From positions 8,062,001-8,126,000 of the forward strand of contig NC_087249.1 in the NCBI RefSeq assembly GCF_037042905.1: DNA of 64,000 nt. Direction: 5' to 3'. Below, in pieces: positions 28,402 to 42,100 of the stretch. The notes under the pieces were generated by a model. It had not been told where the DNA came from and did no database searches. It was given only the letters and a program-made list of their open reading frames with translations. Origin of the DNA: Lytechinus pictus (Eukaryota). Both the position numbers and the translations under genes were made by a program. Numbering within the stretch: the stretch's first letter is position 1; each line of letters starts with the position of its first letter.

Positions 28402-30139
28402 TAAAAAATTATCAATCTGTAGTTTTGAAATTTGAATAAATATTGCCCCACAAACTTAAAATTAAAGCTACATGATGCCCTATGGTTCAATTTTCTAAGA
28501 AATAGATATACCCATTGTCAATGCGCAATGGTTTATCCTTGAACCTTGAAGAAGTACTCTCCCAAAAGAGTACACGCTGTCCTGGAGAGGGTTGTGCTGT
28601 GTCAGGTGCTGCCAGTGCTTCAGGTGATGTGGTGATCCTGTGGTGGTATTCTTGGTGCACTATATATACAGTGTGCTAGGTGCAGTGTGCGGGTGGTGCG
28701 TGTGTGTGTCCCTCTTACAGCGTTCCTCTTTCTCTTCCTCCCCTTTTAATTCTTCCTCCTCCTTCTTTTCAAATTCATTTTCATTTTCCTTCGTTCTATT
28801 CATATTTCCAACAACTATACTGTTTAAGTGGAGACAGTAAGAAATGCGAAATAGCTTTATGCCGAGATGGCTAAATGCCTAAACCTGAACACCTTGCATT
28901 GGCAGTGATGGGCAAAATAAAGCGAACCAACCAAAGTTCAGCAACTCCAAAAATCATGCGCAACTTGATCTTCAACCAATCAACAGCGCGCATTTTGGAC
29001 TTGCGATTGATTTTTTAACTTGCGTTTAAACGCAACTCTTTCTGCAACGGACCCCTGGACATTAAACATTGTCTCAAAACTCAAAATGAAATTTGAATTT
29101 GAATGATTGATTGATCAAAGCAAAAACTTCAACAACAAAATATGGAATATCATTGCCATGGGCACTATTAGAATGTGATTAAAGATCATTATCTGCTCCA
29201 AAAATAAGAACCAATGAAATTCAAGCAGAACAAATGATAGTAAATAATCAAGACTCTGGAGCTTGCGTTTCAATGGACAATCAATAATGGCAATTCCTGG
29301 CGCTGACGCTCGCGCTCTTATAGACAGCTGGCAGCCGTCTGTTTCGAGGAGTTTTTTAACATTATTTATTTTTTTAATTTCTCCTCATACACAGACGGCT
29401 CGCTATCGTGCAGCCACCATTAGGGGACTTATTGGTATGTGCGAATACGGGCGCATCGCGAGTGCTGGTTTTGGCTGCACGGTTTTCGCACGGGTTTTGC
29501 TGCAAGTGGCATCGCCTCTGTCTGGGCGGCTCATCGAAAATGGGGTTTCATGCGCATGCGCACATAGTTAATGCAATCTCGTGCCTTTATACAGACAGTT
29601 GAAAATGTGCTCTTTCTGTACATATAAGTTTCAATGTGGATACTCGCCTGTAAAGTGTGGATATCGGAGCTTGAAAGTTCATCAAATTTTTGGATGCGCA
29701 AATGATCGAAATTTTTTTATGGTAAGTCAAAGTACGATCCAATTATGTATATGAATTGTTATAGAATATATTCAAATCGACAAAAAAAGTAAAATTAAAA
29801 GATTCTCACATGGAGCAGTCCAGATATAAGAGGAGCGAGCTACCCTTGTCACAGCCGGTCTCTCGGCAATCGAGCTGCCCGATGCGGTGGGCTCCCGTCG
29901 GTCTTTCAGCAGTCGAGCTACCGGTACCCGATGCGGAGGGCTTGGTGACGGGAGCGGTCGATAGTGAGTCGTTCATGCTGGATTGAACTGGATCTAAATT
30001 GTTTACTTGATAATATTGTGCCTTTTTCTGAAAATGTCTGTCATACCGTAGATTGTTATTCTGATATTGATTTAAATATATACATTTTGTCACAAAAACA
30101 TTCTTTCCTCCTAAGGTTATAGAGTCAACATGTTTTACT

Positions 30140-30545
30140 TTGATTGTTCAATCATGTTTTATCATTTGGAAACTGGATTCTTTTGGAAGTGGAATATTAA
30201 TGTTGACTTATTGAATTAAAATGCAAAATCTATAGTGTTTCTTTTTTTTTCTTTTGTAGAAAAAAAATATATTTTGAAACTTTTCAATCATGTTTCATTA
30301 TTTTGAGACTGGATTTGCTTTTGAAAGGGGAATATCATAAATGTTGACTTTTTAATTAAAATGCAAAAATTATGTTTATTTTTTGGTTTCTTTTTTTATA
30401 TATTTTTTTAAGTTTCTTTTTTGAATTACTGTATTGTTTATTTTTTCATTTTTTTTGTCATATTTCATTATTTGGAGACTGGATTTGCTTTTGAAAGGAG
30501 AATATCTTAAATGTTGATTTTTTTATTAAAATGCACGAACTAGAT
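30140..30545. repeat. Degenerate tandem repeat, 3 units of ~135-175 bp
   Basis: Recurring ACTGGATT...GAATAT...AATGTTGA...TTAAAATGCA. Confidence 0.7.
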
Positions 30546-32403
30546 GTTTATTTTTTTGTTGTTGTAATTTTTTTCACTCTTGTAAGAAAATACATGAAAA
30601 CTCAGAGGAAAGAATATTTCATTTCCAGATGGGTCTAAGTCCTGTATTTATGTTTTCTTTATTATTAATTGTACTATTTATTTTTTTATTCACTTTTCTT
30701 TTTTTTTAGGGGTGCAGGTGGGGGTTGTGTTTTGAATTGGAAAATGGGGATGGGATTGGTACAAGTTTTTGTGTCACTTTTGTTTCTCTTGTTTTTAGTG
30801 CTTGTTTGGAGCTTTGATGTCTGTTTTGTTGTTGTTTAGAGCTTTGTTATATATTTTTCCTGGTTGTTTTTTGTTTTGTTTTGAAAGAAATAGACCACTC
30901 TTCCTTTTCTTTTGGCTTTGACTAATAATTTGAATTTATTTATTTTTCTTTAAAAAGAGAGCTAAAACAGGGCCTTTGTAATACAATGTATGTATACAAA
31001 TGTAAGAAATTGACAACTGATTGAATATATATTAAAACTTAATTTTCGTCCTTCTTGATACTTGAAATAAATTGCATACAATTCTACATACATATTTTAC
31101 ACTCAGCTGCTCATTCCTTCTAAAAAAATGTAATCACATGTCCATTGTCTCTCAAATCAAAAGCTACATATTATACATGTATAACAAATTGTTGAAACAA
31201 TAGAATACATAAGGAATTGGTGAAACAATCAAATACATCAGAAAAAAGCACACATATTTTTATTTGGTTATACAAAGTACAAAAGAAAAATTTTTATGTA
31301 ATTTTTTTAATGTAAAAAAGGACCCCCATACGGCGTACATATACAAAATTACAATACTAAGTTGAAAAAGAGCTTGTAATTTATATCAGAAAAACAAAGA
31401 AATACATTAGAAATTACAAAAACAATACTTTAGACAAATTCATTTAGGAAATTATCTACATGATGCTGTTTTGATGCCAACTAAATTATATGAATTATCT
31501 ATCATAATCACCTTCATTTGGCAAAAAAAGAGGCGAGTAATTGTGATTTTGTGTTATTTGCATAATTAATTAGAATTAATTAGAAGAAATTATTTTACAC
31601 ATAAGACAAATTACAAGATGAATTGATACACATCAATTGAGCCTTCTCTCACCTTTCCATTGATACCTAAATTACTTCATAGGGCTAAAAAACAAAGAAG
31701 TTAGAGCCTGTTGAAGACTTGGGTTCAAAATGGTCACAAAATGGTCACAAAAATCGGTTCTGTACTCCATTGACTTTACATTAAGACAATGACCACAAAT
31801 TTGGATGAATATGCGCGACTTAAACTGGAATAACTTTATAATTTCTTGATGAAAATTAAAGTTCTTGGTATCATTTTAAAGGTCTTTTTATGAGCTTTCA
31901 AGTGATACCAAATTTATTCATATTTGATGATTTTCATTTTTTTTGTCACATACCTAGGACTAACAATGCAAAATCCCCCCGTCGGGGCTCTTCAATTTGT
32001 GTCTTTAATGAATCAAACTTTTGAAAATTAACGCGACCGAAATGCAAATTAATATTCCCTCTTGGCATTAATTGCCAAAAAATAGGGAAAATCAAGTTAA
32101 AAGGAACAAAAACAGTGACTTACCTTGGCTGTCGCGCAACTTCACTGCCCTGTTTTATCCGAACTTAATACACATAAACATATGGCCATTGAGTCCCCTG
32201 TACAGATCGTGCTAGAACTTCGGTCTCTGTATTTGGTGAGTGAAGCCAACGGAGTTCAGCTGAACAACCAACATAACAGAGACCAAAGCTTTTGGTCTAG
32301 CGCTCTTACTACTTTACAATTCACCATTTTCAGTACACGGGACTACACAATTAACTTTAAAAAGAAACTTTGTTAAAAATCGATATGATCCACATATACT
32401 CAC

Positions 32404-32418
32404 CTCCTTATATGCCAT
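32404..32418 (-). CDS. Candidate distal first coding exon (MAYKE) of minus-strand gene
   Basis: ATG GCA TAT AAG GAG|GTGAGT, consensus donor, phase 0; ~600 bp from the ELP1 ATG. Confidence 0.3.
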
Positions 32419-32739
32419 CCCAGATCTTTGTCTTTTCTTATTGTATGCGTACATGCTAGTAAATCATGAACACAACTCCTTCATCAGTGTAAATTTCCCA
32501 TTATTCTTTAAGAGTCTCGGCTCCTAGAAACAATTTTTCGACCTTAATAACATCCCCATCATTGATATTGAGATGTGATTCATATCATATTCTACTTTAT
32601 TTAAAAATATTTAACACAGATAAGATTAAAAATAAATTTATAATTTATATGCTTATTCAAAACAAAATCAAATAACATTTAGGGAATTTAAAGACAATTT
32701 AGATAAGATATTATTATAATAACCAATCAGCAACAGTAG

Positions 32740-32900
32740 AGTTTCACGTGTATATTTTCCCCTTATCGGGTTAATGATATCTTTCACCGCCGAAGCTTCG
32801 GCGTGCGGATATCGTCAGCCGCCGTTGCTCGCTCTAGCATTCGCTGGCGTTTAGTGCGGAAGAAGGGCGTCCACGTCGTCTGTCCCGTCCTGTTGAACTT
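32740..32900. promoter_or_regulatory. CpG-rich putative (bidirectional) promoter / ELP1 5' region
   Basis: CpG-dense island upstream of the ELP1 ATG; palindrome GCCGAAGCTTCGGC; ETS-like GCGGAAG; minus-strand consensus donors at 32403 and 32123. Confidence 0.55.
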
Positions 32901-33032
32901 GTCTTAATTGTCCTCTCATATCTAGTTATTGGAAATCAGTATTTTCATAGAGATTTGAATATAAATCAGCAAGGACTGGCCTGGCATATATCTGGAAACT
33001 AGTAGAGTTTTAATCGAGCTATCAAGGACAAA

Positions 33033-33179
33033 ATGAGGAATCTTTTTTTAAATCAGCGCCGCTGCGTTGAAAAAGAAGAGTTTTCTGAATCAAGATTCCT
33101 GAGCATCGATTTTGATACAAGCAAAGTTTACACAGGGAGCAATACTTCCTTTGACTGCTTAGATCCAACAACTAAAGAG
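33033..33179 (+). CDS. ELP1: ELP1 coding exon 1
   Basis: ATG AGG AAT CTT (MRNL)...DPTTKE|GTGATT; 147 nt. Confidence 0.9.
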
Positions 33180-36100
33180 GTGATTTGGCACTAATGCAGT
33201 TTCACACGGGCCGACTTCGAGCAAAGCCATGGCATTAAATTTCCCCACCTGCCCACCAGAAATTGTTCGCAAATATCACATTTCAAGGTCAATAAACTGT
33301 ATGCCCACTGCTTTCCCAAATAACGCGATTGGGAATGGCTATATTTATTTTCGGGACCAATCTTGAGTCGACGTTATTATTTGAATTCTCCGTCAGACAT
33401 CGCTTCACTTGGCTTGGCAGTTTTGATACGGACAGAAGTTAGCAACCAAAAAATTTGGCTGCGGCAGCTCACCCATTTGTTTGCATGATTTTGGTTGCTA
33501 ACTCCAATCAGTCTTTATCAAAATTATGGCGAAGCACGATGTCTGACTCTGACTGAGAAGTTGAACGATGACGTTGAGATCAAATCCGAAATACAGCCGT
33601 TCCCGATCGTGATATTTGGAAAAGTGGTTGCCAGATGGGCATATTGACCTTGAAATGTGACCGAGAAATTTGCAAACAATTTCTGGCTGGAAAATCTCAA
33701 GGTCGCGGCCGGTGCGAAACAGCATTAGTGCCAGTAATTTTATAAAAGTCAAATCTGCTTTGGCTCCAGTAGGCAAAATGAAACGATTATCAATATGATT
33801 CAACATCAATAATTTTGATCATATTTTTCAGGAGGGGAGGGGGGTCATTGAAGGAGCATGTGCACCCACTAATTAGTTTAAAATACGCCAAAAAAGAAGG
33901 CACACGCCGTAAAATGTAAATTACCTTCATTTGTGTCTTGACCTGTTTTTTTTTTTTTTTAAGAAAAAAACGCTCTAGTTTTGAGTGATGATGACTTTTT
34001 TTTTGGGGGGGGGGGCTTGTCAAATTTGTTTAAAGAAGCCAGATAAATGTCAAATTTTTGACAAATTTGTTGAGTTGCACCTGTGAATTTTCTTTCTGGA
34101 GAGGGGGGGGGGGGTTGGGTACTACTGTGTAGTCTGCAGACATGCATGGAGAGTAAAACTCCTACTTTGCTAATTACGAATGGAGATGCCAGTCATGTAC
34201 ATGAGGACTGATGTAGCCATTTGTGCTTTTATCTTCTTCCATTAGAGTACATCCCTCTAGAGTGTTGTCATACTTTAACGGTCTACTCTTATACCTATCA
34301 TGCTATATTCCTTTTGTCAAAGTGAAACTTTGTAATATATATCATTTGATTAATTAGAAAGTCAAAAAGGGGCCTAAGCTTTCGATCCTAGCAGAATCTT
34401 CGTCGGAGGCAAAATGTTTGATTAATTGGTTTTAATAAACTTTAACTTGACTTGAATTTCCAATATTTTTCTTCGAAACAGGTAGAATGGACAGTAGTTT
34501 TAAAGACGCACGGCTTTGACTATGGGAGTGATGGACATAATGTAGTGTCCATACAGCACCTTCCTGGCCTCCAGTCTCTGTGTATTACAGTCACTAATGG
34601 AGATGTTCTTCTGTATAATACAGTTACTTCTGAGGTGAGCTTATACATGTAATACTACCATGGGAACGTTTCATAAAGCTGTTCGTAAGATAAGAGCGAC
34701 TTTAAGAACAACTGGTGATCCTTTCTTGTGGTAAATGATATTTTCATTGGCGATGGTTTAGCGTGTAAGAAAGGTTCACAGTCGCTCTTAACTTATGAAC
34801 AGCTTTATGAAACACCTACCGGTACTGTAAAAAAAAGACCTTCTGAAAGACCCTGAATCTTGATATCAATTGTCGTTGGTATTTTCATCAAACTGTGCAA
34901 TAATGCCATGGTCTCTTAGGCCTTAGATGATTACAAAATGTTTTCCAGTCTCAAAAGACCATATTCTGAAGTCCAGTTTAACTTATGCCATGAGATACAG
35001 AAACTCTGTGAAAAACTTGAGGGAGCCAAAATATCAACACTTGGTTTATATCAAATATTGGCATTGCTCTTTCCTTATGCTTGAAATGATTAAGAAAATT
35101 GTTATAGATAAGTGTGAATGATTGCAGTGTCAAAGAACCAGAGCTTAAATCAAACCAGAGTTTAAATTGAATCTGATTTTAGAATACGGGCCAACATCAT
35201 TTGATCTGATGGACAGTCTGAATAATCAGTAAAAGACTACCGGGGTATTTATTTCCCAAGCTTTTTTCAGTGGCTTTCATGCCATTTTAAAAGTTTCTCT
35301 GGGGATTATCACAAATATTTCACTGGCATGTCCTTTGAGCATTCAAGGAGAGATTGCCACTGAAAGGACATTCTGATATACAACACCAATGAAAGTAAGC
35401 CTTATTTGAGATAATCCCCAAGAGAAGAGCAAAATTGCATGAAAATCATTGAAAAAAAAGCCTGGGAAATAAATAGTCTTTCATTGAATATTCAGGGGGT
35501 TTGTAGAGCCATTCCACAGAGACATTATTTTTCTCTGGCCTTTGAGACTGTTTAAGAGCTGGCCCTTCTTAAGTATACTTTCCAACGGTCACTCGGCCTA
35601 TGGGAGTGTCGTGGTCTAGTGGTCCTGACTCTCGTCTTTTAATCAGAGGGTCATGGGTTCGGATCTCGCCTATGGCGCGTTATCCTTCAGCAAGAAATAT
35701 ACCCATATCGTGCTGCACTGGACCCTGATGAATGGATACCTGGCAGGATTAATTTTCCTGAATGCACTGGGTGCGGGTAGGCAACCTGAGCTGGGGTAAT
35801 GATTATACTGTGCCTTGGAATAAATTATTTCTTGATTGATGGCGCTATGATAAATTATGCCTATCATTAGTTGTAGTAGCATTTATTTTCTTTCATCCAT
35901 CTTCATGAATATTTTTATCTTCTCGATTAATGCTGAGATATTTCATATCTCATATTATGGCAGGTGATCTTGTGAATATCAGCAAATTATATCTTTTGGC
36001 AAATCAAGAATTGGAGCCCACAGCTTGAATGTTTAGAAAATCAAAATTTTTATGAAATTCTGCCAAATTGCAATTTATTTTCATAAATTGTTTTAACCTA

Positions 36101-39100
36101 TAAAACTGTTTGAGTATCATATCTTTGAGAAAATTATATCATAGTTTAATTGCTTTGAGGGAAACAGTTTAGGCACAACCTGTAAGATAAATAATACAGA
36201 GCATATTACATTGAACTTAATAAAATATCTAGGTTATTGTGAAAGCAAACCTTGAAGTGAACACTAATGTCATTTTAAATCAATTTTAAATCATACTCCT
36301 TTTATTTTTTATCTCATGTAGTTGGAATGTGTAGGGAGTGTAGAGAATGGTTTATGCTGTATGAGTTGGAGTCCAGATCAGGAATTGGTTGTATTAGCAA
36401 CTGGTAAGTAACTTTCCAACATCAGAACTCAACTGAATTATTGTTATTATTATTTATTCGGCATTTCAAACAACAAATAGAACCATAGAATGATGACATT
36501 AAAAATTATGACAATTTTTTAAAGGACTCTCCCGCTGCAGTCCTGGAGTTGCCTGTAAGAAAAAATAGAAATGTAAAATTCCTGTAACCCGCAAGCCATT
36601 CCTTCCGACTCCAGGTAAGGCAGCGAGGGATGTCTCTTACATATACATATTTATAAACATTTAATTCAATAGAAAATAAAATTAGCAAGTTCTAAATTCA
36701 AAGTCAATGAACTGCAAAAGAAATATAAATATCTATCCATATGTCATTGATGTATATATGTTAACAGTATAGCAAATGAGAATAAATAACAGATAATTTA
36801 ACCGGTATTATATTATGTAAGTTTGGTTTGAGGGGAAAAAAATCAAAAATGAGTCAAACAGCAAGTTTAAAGTATGTGATATACAAAACAGAACAAAAAT
36901 AGGAAATTTCTATTCAATCTAATTCAAATTATATATTATACAAAATGAATGAATATAAATTATAAATCAGCATAATATGTTAAGTTTTTGACACGGTTTT
37001 GTCAGTTGTCTGTGCATAGTTTATTCAAAATTGAGATTTTAGCTGATTAAGAAAAGAGGGTAGTGAGTCAAGGACAGCCGCATCCCTGATTGAGTATGGT
37101 AAATTATTCCAAATTCTTGGGAATCTACGGGTAGGGGTCATGAATAAGACCTGGATTCTTGATGGGAGATGAACAAATGCGAGGTGGTCAGGTGCCTACT
37201 GTTGAAATACACCTCTATCAGAAAAAATTACCGAAACACTGATAAGTTTTGTCTTTCCCAGTTACATTAGTACCTCTGATAAGCCACTTATTGAAAGTAT
37301 AGAAAAATCAGGATTGGCTGGGATTGGATATAGGAAATTTTAATGGTATGGATTTTCAAAAATGAAAATAAAAGTTGGTTATTTTCAGAGAGTTTCTGAT
37401 TTTGTCTGTTATCAATTTATATTCTGATTTTCTTTTTCTCCAGCTGCTAATACTCTTTTACTAATGACCAAGGATTTTGAACCTATCTTAGAAACAGCGC
37501 TTCAGCCAGACGAGTTTGGACAACGTAAGTAGACAGGGATCTATTACTGTTTCAGTAGAAATCAAATAAAGCTTTGTTCAAAAGGTTTTCAATTAAGTAA
37601 AAGTAATAGAGGATCTAGAGTACCAAAGTGATGACACCACAAAAACCTTTTTTGCATTTCAATGTTTTTGTTACCATATTTTGCAAGAGCATGATGTAAA
37701 ACTCCCACAACCCAAATTTGGTGGGAATCGGTCCATGGGGGCCTTAGATATGACCACATGAATACATAATTAGCCCCATTGAAGTCAATGTATCATTGGC
37801 CTGGTTCCTAACCTTTAGAACCAGGCATGTAAAAAGGGAAAATTGATGACATCACACTCCAGTACTCTCCTGATATCGATATGTTTTTTCTTGGGGTCAT
37901 TTTAGCCCTTCCTTTAAAGAAGGAAGAAGTTTACAAACTATATCACATAAAGATTTTCAATGATTTGCTAGATATTGAAACAATTATTTTTACATTAATA
38001 TTTCTTTATATCAAATTTGTTATTTTAGCATATTACCATTATGTTTATACAACATATGAAGGCTATTTCTTACATTTTTTAAATGGTTGGAGTAACATAA
38101 CCTACATAATGGAATAAAGAAATATCTTCCATATGTTTGCTTTACAGAGAAACCAATAACTGTTGGATGGGGCAAGAAAGAGACCCAGTTTCACGGGTCA
38201 GTGGGCAAGCAGGCAGCAACTCAGCAGGCTGAGAATGTGAAACCTGCCCTTGCCTGGGATGATCAACAGGTCCGAATAAGCTGGCGTGGTGACGGCGAGT
38301 GCTTTGTTGTCAGTTCCATCAATCCCTTGACAGGTAAAACAATCCCAGGATAGTTGCTCCGCACTAATCGATGACTAACTTCTACTCTAAGCATAATATG
38401 AACATATATCTGTGTGTCATTTTGGCTCATTGCTCAAAATACCATGACCCATATTCTGGAGACTGTTTCACAAAGCATCTTGTCATTGATTTTCTCTGAA
38501 AAAAAATTGCTCTGATCCAATCAGATAATAATGATAAATTTTATCTGATATTATCACTAGTGGAAGCCACATTAACAAAGGCTTGGCAGTATAGTCACAA
38601 CAGTTTGTTTTGTAGATCTATGTTTTTCTATATACATAAAGGCCCTTTTTCTGAACTCGGTTTTAATTTGAATTCTGGGGCCCGTTTCATGAAGAGTTGC
38701 AACTGTTGTAACTTTGCCATTATGGCAACTACCTTGGTAACAGGGCTCAACAGCCAATCAAAATCCAGATTATCCTGGTAGTTGCCATAATGGCAAAGTT
38801 GCAACTCTTTATGAGACGGACCCCTGGTTTAAGTATGGATAGCCAAACGTGACACAAATATCCAACAGTATTTTCAGCTTCCCATAATCTCAGTACAGAG
38901 TTTCTTGATGTTTATTGACAGGTGCAAGGCAACTTCGTGTTTGGAACAGAGAATGCATCCTGCAGTCAACGAGTGAGAATGTTAGTGGCTTGGAGCAGGC
39001 CTTAGCATGGAAGTGAGTTCTTAAAAAGAAATTTAAGTTTCAATTCAAGTTTCAATTTATTTATTTCCATTTTCAAACAATGAACATATCAAACATAGAT

Positions 39101-42100
39101 ATACAAAAATTGGTAAATTTCATAAGAATACAGTTATGAAAAATTTCATATGAAAATGTTCGGAAAGTATTAATAAGTAATTTGTTTGATATGCATTTGG
39201 ATAATCATACATATAACAGATTATAATTAACATATAAAAATAAAAGAGAGACTTACTACATTAAAATTGTAGTAATGATCATTAAATAAAATGTAATGTA
39301 ATCTTTAAAACGTATCAAATGTTTGTTTGAATATTAATGTTGCAAATGAATTTGAGAGAAAGAAAATACTTGCTCAGTAATTTGTAAAATACTATGGCCC
39401 GTATTCTGATGTCTGGTTTAACTTAGACCACGATCTAACTCTGTGCTAAAATTATGGGAAGCCAAAAATGTTTAAAAATTGCCTCACAGCACTACATGGT
39501 ATACATTGTGCACTATTATAGAACAGAGAATGCTGTTTTGGTCATTTCGATTTCAAGTTCCTTTTCTAATTGTTTTTTTTTTTTAGGCCATCAGGGAGCT
39601 TAATAGCATCAAGTCAGGTTCTTCCTCATCGACATGACATAGTTTTCTTTGAGAAGAATGGGCTTAGACATGGGGAGTTCACGCTGCCCTTTAACAAGAA
39701 CCAAGTCAAGGTATTTGTGAGAACAAAAATCTGTTTCGAGAAGCTGATTGGTGTTTCCTCCAATTTTTTTTATGATTATTTTTTTAATTTATTAAAATGC
39801 AAAAATATCAGTGTCTATTAGTACAGACTTTGATGTTTGTCATATATTAAACTCTTTGGCCCATATTCTGAAGTCAGGGGAGCGTTTCATCAATATTTTC
39901 ATCCGACAAGTTGTCAGATCTGACATCTTTCCATGATTTTGATTGGCTGAGAGGCACTGTTCCTATGGTAACTGTCGGATAAAATGGGACTTGTCGGATA
40001 AAACGTCCGACAAGTCCTTTCATGAAACGCCCCCCAGGTTTAACTTAGACCATGGTCTAACTCTGTGCTAAAATTATGGAAAGCCAAAAATCTCAAATTT
40101 TTTACTTAATTGACATATTTCTTATGATTATTGTGCTCTTTCTGATCTTGTCATGATGAAGAAAGCTGTCTTATTTATCCTTCCGAAACCGTTAAGAATG
40201 ATTTGAGAGCAAAATGAGCTGATACATTGAAATTTTACTGTTATAGATTTATGACACTATTGGCTATCCATAGTCAAAGTACAACTTTAAACCCGAGTTC
40301 AAATTAAACCGACTTCAGAATACGGACCCTTTGATTAGAAAATTCTACAAATTTACTACAGGTGAATATGAAAGTGTACTCACCCCTCATGTACATTACC
40401 TATCTTATTTTTAGTAGGATTTTTAGCATGTATATGTATGTCAATATTTGTATCAATCCTGTTCAAAATGATTCTATATTTTCATGAAACAAATCTCAGT
40501 ATGAAACTTATTTGATGTCTATACTTTTCTTTTATTCAAATATTGATGAATTTTATTATTGATAGCCCCAAATAATGTTTGTTATTGTTTGCATTACTGT
40601 TTAAGAACCAATAACATGTTTTTTTATTTTTCTTAGATTTCTTCTTCTGATTAATATTTTTATTTTAGGTGAATGAGATCCTTTGGAACACAGAATCAAC
40701 CATTCTTGTTCTATGGCTTGAAGATTTGCCCAACGAAAACAGTTCTGACCATTCACGATTCATCCCAGATTCATATGGTAAGAATAGTCTTGCCCTGTAA
40801 ATAATTGCTCGCCTCTTGAATAAAAATATGTGTCTGATTAAAACCTATGTTGTTTGTTGTGTTCCATTCTAACTATGGAGTTAAAAAAGGAATGAAGGTA
40901 AAACTCGTTTCATTTAATGCCACGTTTGATTCCACAGGGATAAAATATGGCAGGAATGTGTTTCATTGGCTTTTTCTTGCAAATTGTAGGCAAAAGATTC
41001 CTACCAAACTACAGACTTACTGGCCAGATATGATAGGAAATATGCTTTTGAAATGATAGGTACTTTTCGCTGCCTCTGGTTGGATATTATGATCAGACAC
41101 CTTGCTAACTTTTACGGGGAAAGCAAAAAATAGATGTTGCAATTTTGATTGAAATATGATTTGAAATTACTCGACTCGGCACATGTGGGCGCAACTGTGA
41201 CACATTACATCACAAATTGGTGTCTCTGAAACAAATCTTCACTTTTTTATTATGAGGAAGTGTATGGAAATTTGTAAAATGTTGATATAAAAAAATTTCA
41301 AATTCTGAAAGATTTTCACATTTTGAAACTGTTATCATGCAATGATTATTTTGCCCAATTTCAGGACATAATGAGACTTAGAGATATATTTTATCATGTG
41401 GTTAATATCCACATTTTGTGATCAAATAAAATTGGAAATATTTGCAATTTTCTATTTTTGATACAAATCACTTTTCAGTTTTTCCATGAAACTGGCGGCA
41501 TCACAAGTCGTCACCAAAGATACAGTGCACCTGTGTATTTTGTACTTCTTTAGAAATCGAAAGCTACATGAATTAATTTGCATTTCGTTGTCACTCCATC
41601 CTTTTTACCTTCATGCCCTAACTATGTATGGTGCAAACATGTCCTTCAGATGTTGTGTTAAATCTGTAAATTGCCAATGTGTCAATTCATCCACTCATCA
41701 CATGTCTACCCCAATTGTATAATGCCATTCTGTCCATTGACATTTCGTCTAATGACCATTTGGTCCAATAATCATTTGGTCCAGTTATCATTCGTCTAAT
41801 CATCTATGACCATTTCATCTTGTAACCTGTTGGTCTAATATCCATATTATTTTCATTCATTTCGCCCAATGAAGATAGAAAGATAGATACATGTATGCTA
41901 TTTAAAGATTATTCCATAAAGTTTTTCAGTAATCTTTAATTCAGATTTGAAATTTTATTTATACAAGTACATAATGTTGATTCATGTGACATAATCAGCT
42001 GATTTCATAACACTGATGGGACGGTTGTCAGAGTCCAGAGCCTTAGCCAAGTTTAATGTTTAAACGGTGTTTAAGCCACAGCAAGCACCAGACATAACTT

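Noticed and set aside
32124..32342. Second coding exon following MAYKE on the minus strand
   Set aside because: Splicing 32404>32342 gives an in-frame TGA after 28 codons; more likely non-coding or an independent 5' exon
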